Assembly: GCA_964016885.1 (NCBI GenBank)
Contig: OZ024743.1
Location: forward strand, 245,396,001-245,460,000
Direction: 5' to 3'
DNA length: 64,000 bases
Source of the DNA: Eledone cirrhosa
Taxonomy: Eukaryota
Shown here: positions 1-13,276 of the stretch, one piece after another
Layout: each line of letters starts with the position of its first letter
Numbering within the stretch: position 1 is the first letter of the stretch
Notes under the pieces: model-generated
What the model was told of the DNA's origin: nothing
Databases searched by the model: none
The model's input: the letters and a program-made list of their open reading frames with translations, nothing else
Program-made: the position numbers and the translations under genes

Positions 1-3000
1 GGAGACTATTTATTAAATTTAAGATGAATACTATCTCCGACAGTAATGCCACAACTGCAGTCATGTTGAACAACTGGTTATTCTTCTAACTATATCTTCT
101 GAAGACACCTTTTATTCGAATTCGTAGAGATATCCGACTAAATACATAATTCATTTTATAAGGATTTGCTACAAACTCATGGCTGAACACAACATCAATA
201 ACAAAATTAAGGAAGTACCGAAGACAAATAACAAGGAAGGTAAACAGACTTTGTTCAGTTGTAGCTACAGAAGAAACCGAAATTATAAATCGCATTTCTC
301 TTGGAGTTGCGAACTTAATAATGATTTATTTAATTATTATAAAATGGCAATAAACAACCCCTCCATTGGCTATATGAACAGAATGAAGCTACACAGGGAC
401 GAAATACACCCAGAGCTAAATTATTTCACAGCGAAACAATTACGCCAACAAGCGACGTTTGTTGAACGTAAAAATAAGATAAATATTATTAATTGTAAGT
501 CCCCCACAACAAACATGGAATCAACAACACGTGCTACAGATCGCCATGCTACTAGACTTCCTAGAAGCCAGGTCGAACAGCTCCTTGAAACAACTATGCC
601 TGTAAGAAACTTGACACCACCTGTACCATCTAAGTCTACCTCGACTGCTGGGGAAAACACTATCGATAATAATAATAATCGAAGAAATAATAATAATAAT
701 CGAAGAAATTTGACACCACGTGTACCATCCGAGTTTACCTCGACTGTTGTGGAAAATGCTATCGATAATGATAATAATCAAAAGTATAAACAATTGAAAT
801 TTTCCCTCAACGAAATCTTTCAGAGAGAAATTAATTCATGTATAAATATCTCTCTTGCTGAACGTATTAAAACGACAATGTTTAATAAAAAACTAAATAA
901 TGAAATATTACGTGTTATTGACGAAATAAGGGATGAATATTTACGACGGATAAAAACCACAACATTTTGGCAAATCAACGCCTGTTTATATGCCTTAGCA
1001 ACGACAGTGAAGCATTATTTTGGTGATAGCAGAGATATTAACAAGAACAGAACACCACCAAATATACCATCATATATAACTAAAATAGAAAAAAAGATTG
1101 CTGTCCTACGAAAAAACATAGGATATGTGACAATGCTCCTTACATGCAAACAAACACAAAAAACCCTCACTCCTCACCAACAAAGAGTGAAAAATAAAAT
1201 AGAGACGATGTTTGGTAACAGTAGAACCGGAACTCTCCAATATAAGCTGATCATCCTCAAACAAGAATTGAGAGCTGTTAGCGAAAAACGCCGATACCTG
1301 AAGAAGGTAGATGAGAGAAAAGTGATTAATAAAAGATTCAGACGAAACCAAACATCAGTCTATAGAGATATGAAGGGCAAAATAATAAGTGTCACTGAGG
1401 CCCCATCCCAGAAAGACAGATTCCTTTTGGAGCAAAATATGGGGTGAAAAGAAGAATTTCAACAAAGATGCAGTGTGACTAAGAGAAATCTGAAAGAACT
1501 ATTGCTCCTACACTACAACAAAAACATTAGAAATAAGTGAGGGTACCCTTGAGACTGTGATAGGAAAACTCCAAGATAAGAAAACACCAGGAAGAGACAT
1601 GATTGTCGGCTACTGGTACAAAAAACTGATATTCTATCGGAGGTATCTTACTGACCTCTACCAACAAGTTCTTAAGGGAGATACACTTATACCAGAATGG
1701 TTGACATTAGCACAAACATTACTGGTCCCCAAGAACAAAGACACCCACTTGGCAAAAAACTACCGAGCCATTGCATGCCAGAACCTGATGTATAAGATGT
1801 ATACAGCCTGCTTGAACCTATTCCTCTAAGATCACTGTGGAAATAACATCATCACAGATGAACAAGCAGCTGGAAAGAAAGGGGTTTTGGGATGTGCTGA
1901 ACAACCCCTAATCAACAAAACTGCGATGTCGGAGGTGCGACAACTTAGGAGGAATATGGCTACAGTCTGGCTGGACTACAGGAAAGCTTTCGATTCTGCT
2001 CTCCATTCTTGGATGATAGAGGCCCTCCAACTTGCTAAATCCCAGACATTATTATCAGAGCCATAGAGAGGCTGTCTTCTTCTTGGGCTACTATCCTAAG
2101 GTTAAAGACAGAGAGGGAGGATTCTATTTTCACTGATAAAATAAAATATTGCAGGGGTATATTTCAGGGGGACAGTCTCTCTGTGATATTATTCATCTTG
2201 TCATTAAACCCCTTGTCCTTTCTGCTCAAGAAATGTGAGGGATACATCATTGGCTCACAGGAGGACAGAAATACGAACCTAACCCATCATTTCTTTGTGG
2301 ATGATCTGAAACTCTATGCCAAGAACATGGATGGGATGAAGAAAAATCTTGATTTGGTTACAACGTTCTCAAAGGATGTAGGAATGGAGTTTGGCCAAGA
2401 TAAATGCTCATACATGACTGTAAAGCGGAGAAAAACAACAACCCAATCTAGCAACATTGTCATCAATGGCTTAACTGTTTCACCGATATCTGTTGAGGAC
2501 TGCTACAGATACTTGGGGATAGATGAGAACATATCCTATAATGGTATCTGTAATAAAGAACGCGAAACCAGAGAATACTACTGCGCAAAACAAAACAGTG
2601 GCTCACAATGTGTTTGCTGTGCCTGTCCTAACGCCTACGTTTGGATACTCAATTGGACGATAGACGAAATCCGAGCAGTTGATGTTGGAACTTGAAAAAT
2701 ACTAAACAACACCAGAAACTTCCACATCAACAGTGACATAGACCGCCTTTACTTGAAACATAAGCAGGGAGGCAGAGGCCTAACATCAGTCCAGACAATA
2801 TTTGAATGTGGCATCATATCTCTCCGACAACATCTACGAACCTCGAAGCGTAGGAGCCCGTTTCTCGAGCAAGTCTATCTGCATGAAACAGATAAGACCA
2901 TGAGAGTTGGGAAGGAATTCCTCGAGAGATATTCCCTCTGTGATAATCAAAAACTCACACCCAGGGATGTCGCTCAGCAGAATCGCAGTGAATCCATGGA

Positions 3001-4050
3001 TGAAAAACTTCATGCTTATCAGCAAAAAATCATGCATGGATATGTTGCCAGGAAGCTCCAGAGTAAGAGTAATATAGATGAGGAAAGTAGTCTATCTTGG
3101 ACCAACAACCGCTATATTGGCTCCCACTTTGAAGGATACGCTTTTGCAATCCAAGAACAGGAGATTAACACGAAATACCTGATTCACAAAAGAGATAGGG
3201 ATGCAGGCAAAACACCTAGATGTGATAACAAGTGTAGACTCTGCAGAACTAACATCGAGGATATCACCCATGTCATCAGCAGCTGTCCAAAGATGTCATC
3301 GCGGTACTATCTACCTATCAGGCATGATGTAGTGGCCCAAACACTGTACAATGCAGTTCGTAAAAACGATAGCCCCGATAATAAACACATTAAAAGCTAC
3401 AACAATGTGGAAGACATCCATGTACATAATATGAAAGAGTACTGGTGGATGTTGCAGTAAAAACCCGAATAAAATGCAGGCATAACAGACCAGATATTAT
3501 GATATGGGACAGGGAGAAGAAAGCATGCACAGTAGTGGAAATTAGCTGCCCAGCAGATGCCAATATAATATCAAAGATTAGTGAAAAGGAGAATATTTCT
3601 GCAGAACTGATGAGAAATCTGCAGATACTCCACCCTGATTACACCTTCAGATTTATGCCTGTGATTATTGGGGCACTGGGATATGTTAGTAATTGCCTCA
3701 ATACAAATCTTGAGAAGCTAGGCTTAACAGGAACAGAAAGAACACAGCTAGTTAGGAAATTACAAGTACAATCCATTAATGGAACAGTAAAATATGTAAA
3801 ACATTCCAAAAATGTTGCATCTAATAACTGCATATACACATGTACAGATGCAAATCATATACACATGCACACATACAACTCAAAAAATATCCATCCACAC
3901 ATACAATAACATCCATGTCTACACATGCATACATACATATCTACCTAGTTGATGTTGTGTAAATTCCAATGAGAGAGTCTTGTGTCTATGTTAGAAACCG
4001 ACTCTCTCTCTATTGGTAAAACTTTGTGAAATTATAAAACCAGAAGAACA
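1..4050 (+). mobile_element. R4/Dong-like RLE non-LTR retrotransposon, copy A (decayed, near full length)
   Basis: ORF pieces give RT motifs (GIFQGDSLS, FVDD), a CCHC knuckle (CRLC..HVISSC), RHD and PD..D..E restriction-like endonuclease motifs. The 3' UTR ends in (TACA)n. A near-identical inverted copy lies at 54203-57600. Confidence 0.85.
179..3909 (+). pseudogene. RT-RLE polyprotein broken by stops and frameshifts
   Basis: ORFs 179-1447, 1557-1829, 2183-2695, 2753-3460 and 3445-3909 are collinear with the more intact 673-aa ORF at 54347-56368. Confidence 0.85.
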
Positions 4051-4113
4051 TACATACATACATACATACATACATACATACATACATACATACATACATA
4101 CATACATACATAC
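4049..4113. repeat. (TACA)n microsatellite at the RLE 3' end
   Basis: Read directly. Confidence 0.95.
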
Positions 4114-4354
4114 ATGTGTATGCGCATTAGACCTCCGACTTCATTCAAAAAGCTCGAGGTTGTGCTAGTTGTGTACGACCAAGAGATAAAATATACTGAA
4201 AAAGCTACACAACACTACATAATCTCTTAACATCAGGGCCGATTACTTCAATCACTGCCCCCGCACATACACATTTATATTCAAGAACCGAACAACTCTA
4301 CCCACACCAGGATAACATGGATCCATTCACTGATATATATCTCCAAATTACTTC

Positions 4355-4400
<46 letters not shown>

Positions 4401-4553
4401 AAAATACGTATTTAAGAAAGCCACAACAATGCAAAGGGAAATCTCGAGGTAGGAAGTGAAATATAGATAGGAAAAACAGGTGAAAGTGAAAATTGAGAGA
4501 GACAAAGATGAAAACAAAACAAAGGTAGAAGGGTTACCGTAGTAGAGATTTAA

Positions 4554-4589
4554 TCCCAATATTTCGGGCTCACGCCCATCAACGGGGGA
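4554..4589 (-). ncRNA. Decayed minimal hammerhead ribozyme
   Basis: Minus strand: tccc CCGTTGA t gggc-gtga-gccc GAAA ta TT ggga. The core is two substitutions from CTGATGA. Confidence 0.5.
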
Positions 4590-4789
4590 AAAGTTCAAAA
4601 GGGGGCAAACAGGCCAAGCGGAGAAAGTTGTGATGTCGTTAAGACAGGAATGCCGTTATGGGGAGAAAAATATTTAAAATTTAAACGAGGGAAAGAATGC
4701 GCGTGCGCGTGATAGGCTGTGGCAAAAGCTACTGACCAAATGGGTTAAATCAAGAGGGTGCGTTAGCGTGTGAAAGCCGTAAGATATGT

Positions 4790-5160
4790 GTATGTAAATA
4801 TATATGTGTGTGTAACTGTGTGTGTATAAGTGTAAGTGTGTATATGTGTGAGTGTGTGTGTGTGTGAAAGATAGTGGGCTGTAGAAGTTGGAAATCAAAG
4901 GGTGTGAAAGGTGGTAGGTTGTAAAATATGTGTGCGTGTATAAATATAGATGTGTGTGTGTAAGCGTATGGGTATACATGTGTGTGTAACTGTGTGTGTA
5001 TATGTGTGAGTGCGTTTGTGTGTGAAAGATAGTGGGCTGTAGAAGCTGGAAATCAAAGGGTGTGAAAGGTGGTAGGTTGTAAAAACATGTGTGCGTGTAT
5101 AAATATAGATGTGTGTGTGTATGCGTATGGGTATGCATATACGTGCGTGTGTGTGAAGAT
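4790..5160. repeat. ~120-bp tandem repeat (x3) in the PLE 3' UTR
   Basis: gaaagatagtgggctgtagaag..gaaatcaaagggtgtgaaaggtggtagg recurs at ~4866 and ~5024, and partially at ~5155. Confidence 0.8.
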
Positions 5161-5192
5161 AGCAGGCCGTAGGCTGTGAATGGTCATTATGG

Positions 5193-7222
5193 TTAAGTTA
5201 GCCATGTCAGCTCATTTCTCTCAGCCCGGTTGTTAAGTGGGGGTCTGAGGTTCTTAATAACAAGTGCTTCCTTTATCCTTAAGGATCCGATGCTGCGTTC
5301 AGTCGCTAGGACTGTGACCAAGGGTCTACCCTGTGGGTTTCCGCATTTAAGGATATGTTTACGGAAGGAAGATGCGTTGGTGTTGATATGTTCCTTGATA
5401 CGAACATGTAGGGGTCGGATGGTGCTACCTATGTAAAACTTGTTACATTTATCGCATTGAATCTTATATACGACATAGGTGCGTAGGCAATCTGCCCCCC
5501 GTATCGGGCAGTTGCTGAGGGAACACGTCCCATCTGCCTCGTAGGGTTTGTTGGAGAGGCATCTTCGCAGCGAAGGTCCTGTGTGGGCCAAATGTATGTC
5601 AAGTCCCTCCGTCCGTATGGCCCTGCGGATGGCGTTCGTGGTATATTCACTCAGGTGGGGGATTTTAAAGAAGCACCTGCTAATATTAAGTTTTCTAGTG
5701 GGTGTCAGTCTACTGGGTCTGGGGTCTCTAATTCCGTTAATCAGTCGCTTGGGATAACCATTAGATATGAGTAGATTACGGAATTGCGTGGTATGGGTGA
5801 GACCACCCATCGGGTCGCTGCATCTGTTACTGATCCGTGTCAGTTCATTTAGGACATAGCCTCTCTTAGCGTTGTTGGGGAGGGCTGAGTTATAATGCAC
5901 AAATAAGTCCTTGCACGCTGCTTTGCGGTAGAAGGTGGTGTTTATGTCTCCTTCTTCCGAGATGTTGATACGGAAGTCGAGGAGGGCGAGTGACCTGTCT
6001 TCTCCTGGGTGTTCGATGGTGAAATCGATGTGCTGGTCAGTATCGTTGAATTTCATTCGCCATCTTCCGGGAAGAAGTAAGTATCAGGATATCATCAACG
6101 TATCTGGAGTAGAAGACGACGGCGTTGGGTTGGCAGGTATTGAGTGCCTTGCGTTCCAGGTGGTCCATGTACGAGATCGCAAGTATGCCGGACAGACTAG
6201 AGCCCATAGGTAGCCCAGAGATTTGTTTGTACGTATGGCCGAGGAAATTGAAGAGTGCATTATCCACAACGAAGGAGAGGAGTTGGTGGATGTCGGTGTG
6301 TGTGAGTCCGAAGCAGTGTAAGTTAGATGCTCGGACTCGTTCGGTCAACAGGTCGACAGCTGGGGATGCTGGTACGGAGGTATAAAGGGCGACCACATCA
6401 AGACTGAAGGCATAACCGTTGTCCTTTCTGGTGTTGGGCGCCAGATGGTGTAGTCGCTCCAAGACTTCCTTTGAGCTGCAGACGTGGGCTGGTAGTGTGT
6501 GTAGAATAGGTTTCAGTAGTGTGGAGAGCAGCCACGATATTTTGTAGAGTGGGCCCTCCACGCTAGAGACAATGGGCCTGATTTTCAAATCGGGTCCTTG
6601 TTTATGTGTTTTGACCAGGTGGTAGAAGGTGGGTAATTTGCTGTTTCGAGTCATTATGTTGTTTTTTACCTTCTTTGGCAGTTTTCGTTGGACACAGATG
6701 TTAGTCCATATGGTGTTAATGCCTTCCTCGATTAGAGTCGAGGAGGTCCCTGTGACTTTCGAGTAGAGGCTGTGGTCATTAAGATGTTGGAGAGCTAAGT
6801 TGTTGTAGGTCTCTCTCAAGATGACACAGAATTCTTTCCCCTTGTCAGAGGGAAGGTACACAAGGTTCCTGGATCTTAGGTTGGTGAGAGTATTAAATTG
6901 TGCATTGGTGAGGTTGCGTTTATTGTGTGTGTGTGTGTGATGGGAAAGGATGTTAGAGATAGAATGTTTCAACCTGAGTAGTTTAGTGTCAAGTTCGTGG
7001 TTGGTGGGTGGGGGGTGGAGTGGGTTGTCGAGGTGATACGTGGGGAGTGTGGGGTGGGTTGTGGGGTTGTAATCGATCTCGGTGTTGTTTTGGATGGCGG
7101 TTAGCCATTTCAGTTGATAAGCTGTCCGACAGAAGTTGGTTTCGATGTCGAGTTTCAGTCTATCATCGAGACGCTGTGTAATGATGAACTTGGGTCCGAG
7201 GCGCAGAAGTTCGAGTTCGTCG
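5193..7222 (-). pseudogene. PLE RT + GIY-YIG ORF with one frameshift near 6045
   Basis: ORFs 6037-7245 and 5193-6056 overlap and are complementary halves. The predicted MYIYIY start is microsatellite. Confidence 0.85.
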
Positions 7223-7612
7223 TATATATATATATATATATACACAGTGGTGGACTGGCCAGGTTGCCCAATGGCAAGTGGACCCCAGGGGGGCCCACTG
7301 TAGTATTTTAGGGGCCATGCTTTGCTTTAAAAAAAATACCTGAAATCTAAGAGAAAGAATATGTTAAAAAAATAAAACAATTAAGCAAAGTATTTAGTCA
7401 ACCAATTCCCCAGGGAATTAATAGAAACCAAAATATACTATAGTGCAAACAGCTGGAATCAGTGGTTGTACATTCTACTAAATCTAAAGCTTAGTGTATT
7501 CATTCCTGCATACAAACTTACATATATAAACACAGACACACAAGTATATATATATATACTTACACACGAACTACTGACCATATAATATTTGGTATCAATG
7601 GATCAATGGGTT

Positions 7613-7654
<42 letters not shown>

Positions 7655-7845
7655 ACATATATATATATATATACCTTTTATTGGAGAAGGTAAGATATTT
7701 TTCCACAAAAATTTGATTGCAGTGTTTTGTTTCCACTTGTTATTTCCACAAATGTCATTTATTCATTATAAAACTTAAATGATTCCATTCTATATGTAGA
7801 TGGGCCCCCTTCATCTGGTAACCAATATTTTTAGACCTAGTCCGC

Positions 7846-7902
<57 letters not shown>

Positions 7903-7953
7903 TAAAAATTAGCGAGAATCGAATTTCAGCTCAGGAATTAACGAAAAACACTT

Positions 7954-8069
<116 letters not shown>

Positions 8070-8161
8070 CCAAAGATTAAAATGGTTCGTTGATTACTCA
8101 ACGAATACAGTTTTACAATAGATTAGAAGCACTCAACAGTTAGGTTTGCCTGGAGTTTTTA

Positions 8162-8509
8162 ATATTATTCAAAATGTTAACAAATGAAAAATATTCGCAT
8201 AATTCAAATATATACTTTATTATATATATTTCAAAGGTACTGTGCTGTTTTTTTCAGTACGTCCTCATCAGACAAAATATATGATTTGATATATGACATA
8301 CCGCTACGGTCTTGATTATTCAATTCCCGTATTGGCCAATACGGGAATTGAATAATCAAGACCGTAGCGGCATGTCATATATCAAATCATATATTTTGTC
8401 TGATGAGGAAGTACTGAAAAAAACAGCACAGTACCTTTGAAATATATATAATAAAGTATATATTTTGATTATGCGAATATTTTTCATTTGTTAACATTTT
8501 GAATAATAT
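8162..8509. repeat. Spacerless ~350-bp palindrome carrying two HHRs
   Basis: Centre attgg|ccaat at 8335/8336. The arms differ at only a few positions. Flanked by (TA)n. Confidence 0.9.
8389..8461 (+). ncRNA. Type I hammerhead ribozyme (mirror copy at 8210-8282, minus)
   Basis: atatattttgt CTGATGA ..gtactg/cagtac.. GAAA tatata TA ataaagtatat. Stem I is 11 bp including G-U pairs. Confidence 0.75.
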
Positions 8510-8743
8510 ATATATATATATATAATGCCAATCATTGTAAGTTTGAATCTAACTGACATGCAAAAAACATATATATAGGAATAAGGTAAGCCCGAATCAT
8601 AATAGATTTAAATATCACAGAGAAAAAAAGAGGGGGGGGGGGTGAGGTAGAACAGAAATGAAACATGGATTACAGGTTAAAATATAGTCTAGATAGATGT
8701 GAAACAAAACGAGGATGTAGTTTATGGAACACCCACATGATTT

Positions 8744-9192
8744 AGAAGTCGACCTTAAGTAGGAGCAATAACATTAAGAAAGACATGAACGACACCAAAA
8801 TACTTTGTTTGGAAAATTGGAAAGTAGGCTTATAAGTATGAATTTTCATCAGATTTTCGTAGTTGTCTCTGTGGCTTAGCGGTAGGTACTAGAGACGGTG
8901 GAGACTCTGGCCTTGGTCAAGATCCTGGTCAAGAGGTTCATGTAACCTGCTTCAGTTTTTATTTTACAACCAATCGAAAAGAACTGAAAAGGTTTACCGG
9001 GAACCCTACACCCGACCAGGATCGAACTTCAGACTAGGATCACCACCGTCTATGATTCCTCCAACTAGACCACCGAGACAGCTACAAAAGTATAATGAAA
9101 ATTGATAATTATAAACCTACTTTCAAAATCAAAGTTAAAAAGATGTGGTGTCGTTTGCTGGAGCTATTAGTAATATTTAGGGTCGACTTCTG
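8744..9192. repeat. Diverged inverted repeat with tRNA-like A/B boxes in each arm
   Basis: agaagtcgacc pairs with ggtcgacttct, and gacggtgg with ccaccgtc. Arms contain tggcttagcgg / gttcgatcc-like boxes. Confidence 0.6.
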
Positions 9193-9729
9193 GTCATTAT
9201 TGAAAGTCTCTGGATTTTGCAAAATACATAATATTTTTTATTGGAGAAGGTAAGATATTTTCCCGCAAAAATTTGATTGCACTGTTTTGTTTCCACTTAT
9301 GTATTTTTCGAAAATGTTAATTATTCATTATAAAAACTAAATGATAGCATTCTATATGTAGGTGGGCCCCATTTATCTTCTGGCAACCAATATTTTTAGA
9401 TCCAGTCCGCCACTGTGTGTATATATATATATATAATGTAGTTTGCTTGAAACATTGTATATAATATATAACGTTGAAAGCGATAGAAAACTAAACAATG
9501 TAAAATGGACTGTAAGATGAGGTTAGGAAAAGTAAGTTACCTAGTAATCTTTGTTTTCTTTTTTGTTGTTGTTCTTTTTTCTGTCCAATATTTCTTCAGG
9601 GTTTAAAGAACTTTCAGAGGATAACATTCCAATTTCTTCTCTTTGGGATTAAATTTTGATCTAAATTTTTCTAAGTCGTTTTCAAGCGTTATATATACAT
9701 ATGCATATACATCTACATATACATCTACA

Positions 9730-9883
<154 letters not shown>

Positions 9884-10690
9884 ATATATATATGTATGTA
9901 TATAGTAGTACAAATTTGGTATGAATGTATGAATATCCAAGGGTTTAGAGCACTCAGTCCATTAAATGGAGGATATTTGAAAGATCTACCCAATGTGTCA
10001 ATGTAGAGAAATTTTATCAGCTGTGTAGCTCGGAGAAGTGGAATATACCATTACAACTGGCTCCAAGGAAACGCTGCTTAAACATGCGACTCGACTACTT
10101 CAATGGTTCTTCAGATTAATAAAAAAAAGATTTTTTCGACTTTCTAATTTCATCCCAGGCTCCATGTGAAACACACGTTGTCTACCATGGATTTTAAAAA
10201 GAGTTACTTACTTTTTCATTTACATTATTTAAGGTATTTGTCTATTTATGTGATAATTTCGGGATTACCTACCCTTTGAACTCTCATATGCTTTCTAAAA
10301 TCTTCACGGTTGGAAGCCATTTTTCTTTTCATGACAGGCTGAATGAGTTGGGGTAAACAATCCAACGAACCTTATGTACCTGTGCATGTCACTGTTGCAA
10401 CTAATTATATATATTTACACACACATACACATATATATATATATATATGTATGCATACACATGCTTACGCACGTGGACAAGTATAACTCTTTTTACAAAA
10501 CTTTTTTTCTTCCATTTCAGGTAGACACGCTCCATCATCTACTTTTCTAAAATATAAATTATACACAAAACGCCAGCACCAACAGTTTTGCAAGAGATAT
10601 CAACATGAATGGACCTGTTGTTTTTATCTAAAGACATTTTTTCCAATTCCAACCCACCCGTCCCTTCAATCTATCTTATTTCTCATTCTT

Positions 10691-10726
10691 TCTTCTGATG
10701 AAGGACTAGCGTCCGAAATGTTAAGA
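10691..10726 (+). ncRNA. Minimal type I hammerhead ribozyme in a solo pLTR-like repeat
   Basis: tctt CTGATGA a ggac-tagc-gtcc GAAA tg TT aaga. A decayed homologue lies at ~21660-21850 (minus). Confidence 0.75.
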
Positions 10727-10811
10727 CCGTCTTCCTGCTATATCAAGCGTAAACCTAATATATCCCTTCCATATACTGTACCGATTGTGTTGTTATTCCT
10801 GTTTACCTTTT

Positions 10812-10848
<37 letters not shown>

Positions 10849-11072
10849 CACACACACTCACACAATGGAAAGTGTGTGTTGTAATTTGCTTGAAGCGTTG
10901 TGGAATATGAAAATCGGTTGTTTCAGAAGCCACAATAATGCAGGTTGAGCCACTCAGAGACACGGAAAGAACCCCTCTGACATTCTTTGAAGATTCCTTC
11001 GGACCTATGATAATGGATGGTTGATTTCCGAAATATAGGGACTAACAAATATTTCCAAGGTAACATTATTTC

Positions 11073-11258
11073 TGGTTGGCAGTATCGGTAGAGAGTCGGA
11101 CACCATGCTTTGAAGCATAGAGTTACGTCCCTTTATGATCTGAGTTCAAATCCCGCCGAGGTTAACTTTGCCTTTCATCCTTACGGGGTCGATAAAATAA
11201 AGTACCAGTAATGTACTGGGTAATTGCTGGCCTTGTGCCTAAAATAGAAACAATTATT
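11073..11258 (+). mobile_element. tRNA-derived SINE
   Basis: B-box gagttcaaatcc followed by ctttgcctttcatccttacggggtcgataaaataaagtaccag. About 10 copies occur in the window. Confidence 0.85.
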
Positions 11259-11399
11259 TCTGGTTCTTTTCATTTTTTCATTTTTCTTCTCCCGTTTACC
11301 ATTTCTTTTTTTTTTTGTTTGCTTCCTCTTCTCCACTCAACAGCATCTCTCTGTTTGACCCGATTCTGTTGCCTTAATGTTGATGATGATGATGATTTG

Positions 11400-13205
11400 A
11401 AACGTCCTTTGAGTTCTGCTTCTTTCCAAATCATGCCGAGTGTCAACCTGACACCTGAGGCAAAATTTGATAATACATACATTTTACAATCAATTGTCAC
11501 ACACATGGTGTCACAAAGGCACAAACAACAATAAATGTCCTTGCAAAATCTTTAAATTGATAATGCCCTTCATATGATATAAGCAGTACCAATCAACACT
11601 ATTTTCTGTATCTCTTGCAAAGATGGCTTTCCAGGTATCCGGTCCAAATATCTGTTATCATTCCAAGTGTGCCGACTATCACTGGTATTCTACAGGCCTT
11701 AAGGTGCCACATTTTCTCAATTTCAATACTTACTGAGCTTTCCGAACTCTTTCGATGAGATGTTACGATCTGATGGAATACTCATGTCCTTCACAATTAT
11801 ATCAGGTCTGTTGGCCTTGATTGTTCTGTTAGTATTCACAGGGAAATCTCAGAGGATTGTTGCGTTCTTGCCTCCTGTTACTGCATCTGAGTGATGGTTG
11901 TACCATTTTCCCTCCGTTTTCAGACCGCAAAACCTGCACATTACCCAGTGTAAGTATTGCCCCATTCTATCATGTCTTGTTTTATATTCCTGGGCAGCTA
12001 AAACCTTGTAGCCTGAAACCAGGTGGTCAATGGTCACAACATGCTCATCACAGAATCGACACTTTTGGTCAGTTCCATTTCTACCACATTGGCTTGGAAG
12101 TTGCGCGTTGGGAAACACTAGTCTTGTGCAGCCGAAATGAAGCCCTCACTTTCTGCCTTGATCTATATCAGTTTTTTTGCTACGGAGAACATACTGTCCA
12201 TGCAGTGGTTTTTGCTCCCATTTAGTGCACAATCTCTGCTGGCCTTCATATTTTGCCAACACTTTGATATTCTTTGCGGCTTTAATTGCAGAATCACCGT
12301 TATTATTTTCAAACTGTATTCCTAGTTCTTCCACAAACTTCCTCCTTTCATGATCTGCAGCCATTTTCATAATTCAGTCATCTGTGGTTTTAGGTAGTGA
12401 TTCAGTCCAATGGTCGATATCCTGTATAAAAGCTCTAGCTCTATTCTGTCTAGGGGGATAGAGGCGATCCACATCTACTTTTGGGTGATGTATTCTGTTA
12501 CAGGTCAAATGTTACCTGTTTTTGGTGTCCATTCTCTTAACTTCGTTAACGTTTCCATTTATAACATTGAAACTCTAGGTGTCAACTGAGAGTGCACACG
12601 CATTTATGGCAGATAATTCATTTCTCGAGTTAAGCTGTTTTCATGACAGCACGTACACTCGGGTATCATTCCTTCCTGATTCTTTCTTTCATGCTGGCGT
12701 GGTGAATACCTTGGCTTTCATCGATCCCTAGATATATGTAGGCTTGTTCTTGTTCCCTAATTACTGCATTCACATCTATTACCATTGAGTTTGTGCTTGT
12801 CATTCTGTCTTTCTTGAATATTGCTTTGGCACATTTTTCCAGTCCAAACTCTATCCCCTCGTCATCGTTGAACACCTTGACTGTCTTCAGCAGTCCTTCC
12901 AATTCGTTGTCATTTTTGGCATACAGCTTCAAGTTATCCATATAAAACAGATAATTTATTGCTTTACTGTCTATTTTGGATCCATATTTTGTTTTGTTGA
13001 GTACTAAGACAGCGATGTGAGTGCAATGCAAAATATCAGGGAAGAAAACGAATTCCTCTGAAAAATACCACAGTTAATACTTATGCTGTTGAAATTTATG
13101 ATTCCATCACTGTGTGGCAACGACAGGTTTGCATTCCATGTTGTATTTCAGGAAGTTTGATATTACTGGGGAAATCTTCAGAGCATCCAAAGTTTTCAAA
13201 ATCCA
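11400..13205 (-). mobile_element. Decayed R4-like RLE retrotransposon fragment
   Basis: YMDNLKLYAK, KPLHGQY, CRFC..HLVSG, RHD motifs, with many stops. Confidence 0.75.
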
Positions 13206-13276
13206 TTGCTCTGTCACGCAGTGCAGATGGATAATGCATCGGGGTTTTTAGTTATCTGTTAATCGCAACAAGGACC

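Larger units (their letters stand above)
4115..7222 (-). mobile_element. Penelope-like element A, 5'-truncated, with 3' pseudo-LTR
   Basis: RT (SDKG, KTHK, RPIVS, GLPMGS, YVDD) plus C-terminal GIY-YIG (VVYKIQC..YIGST..R..EH..E..LN). The 3' region carries a decayed HHR. The element begins at (TA)n. Confidence 0.85.
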
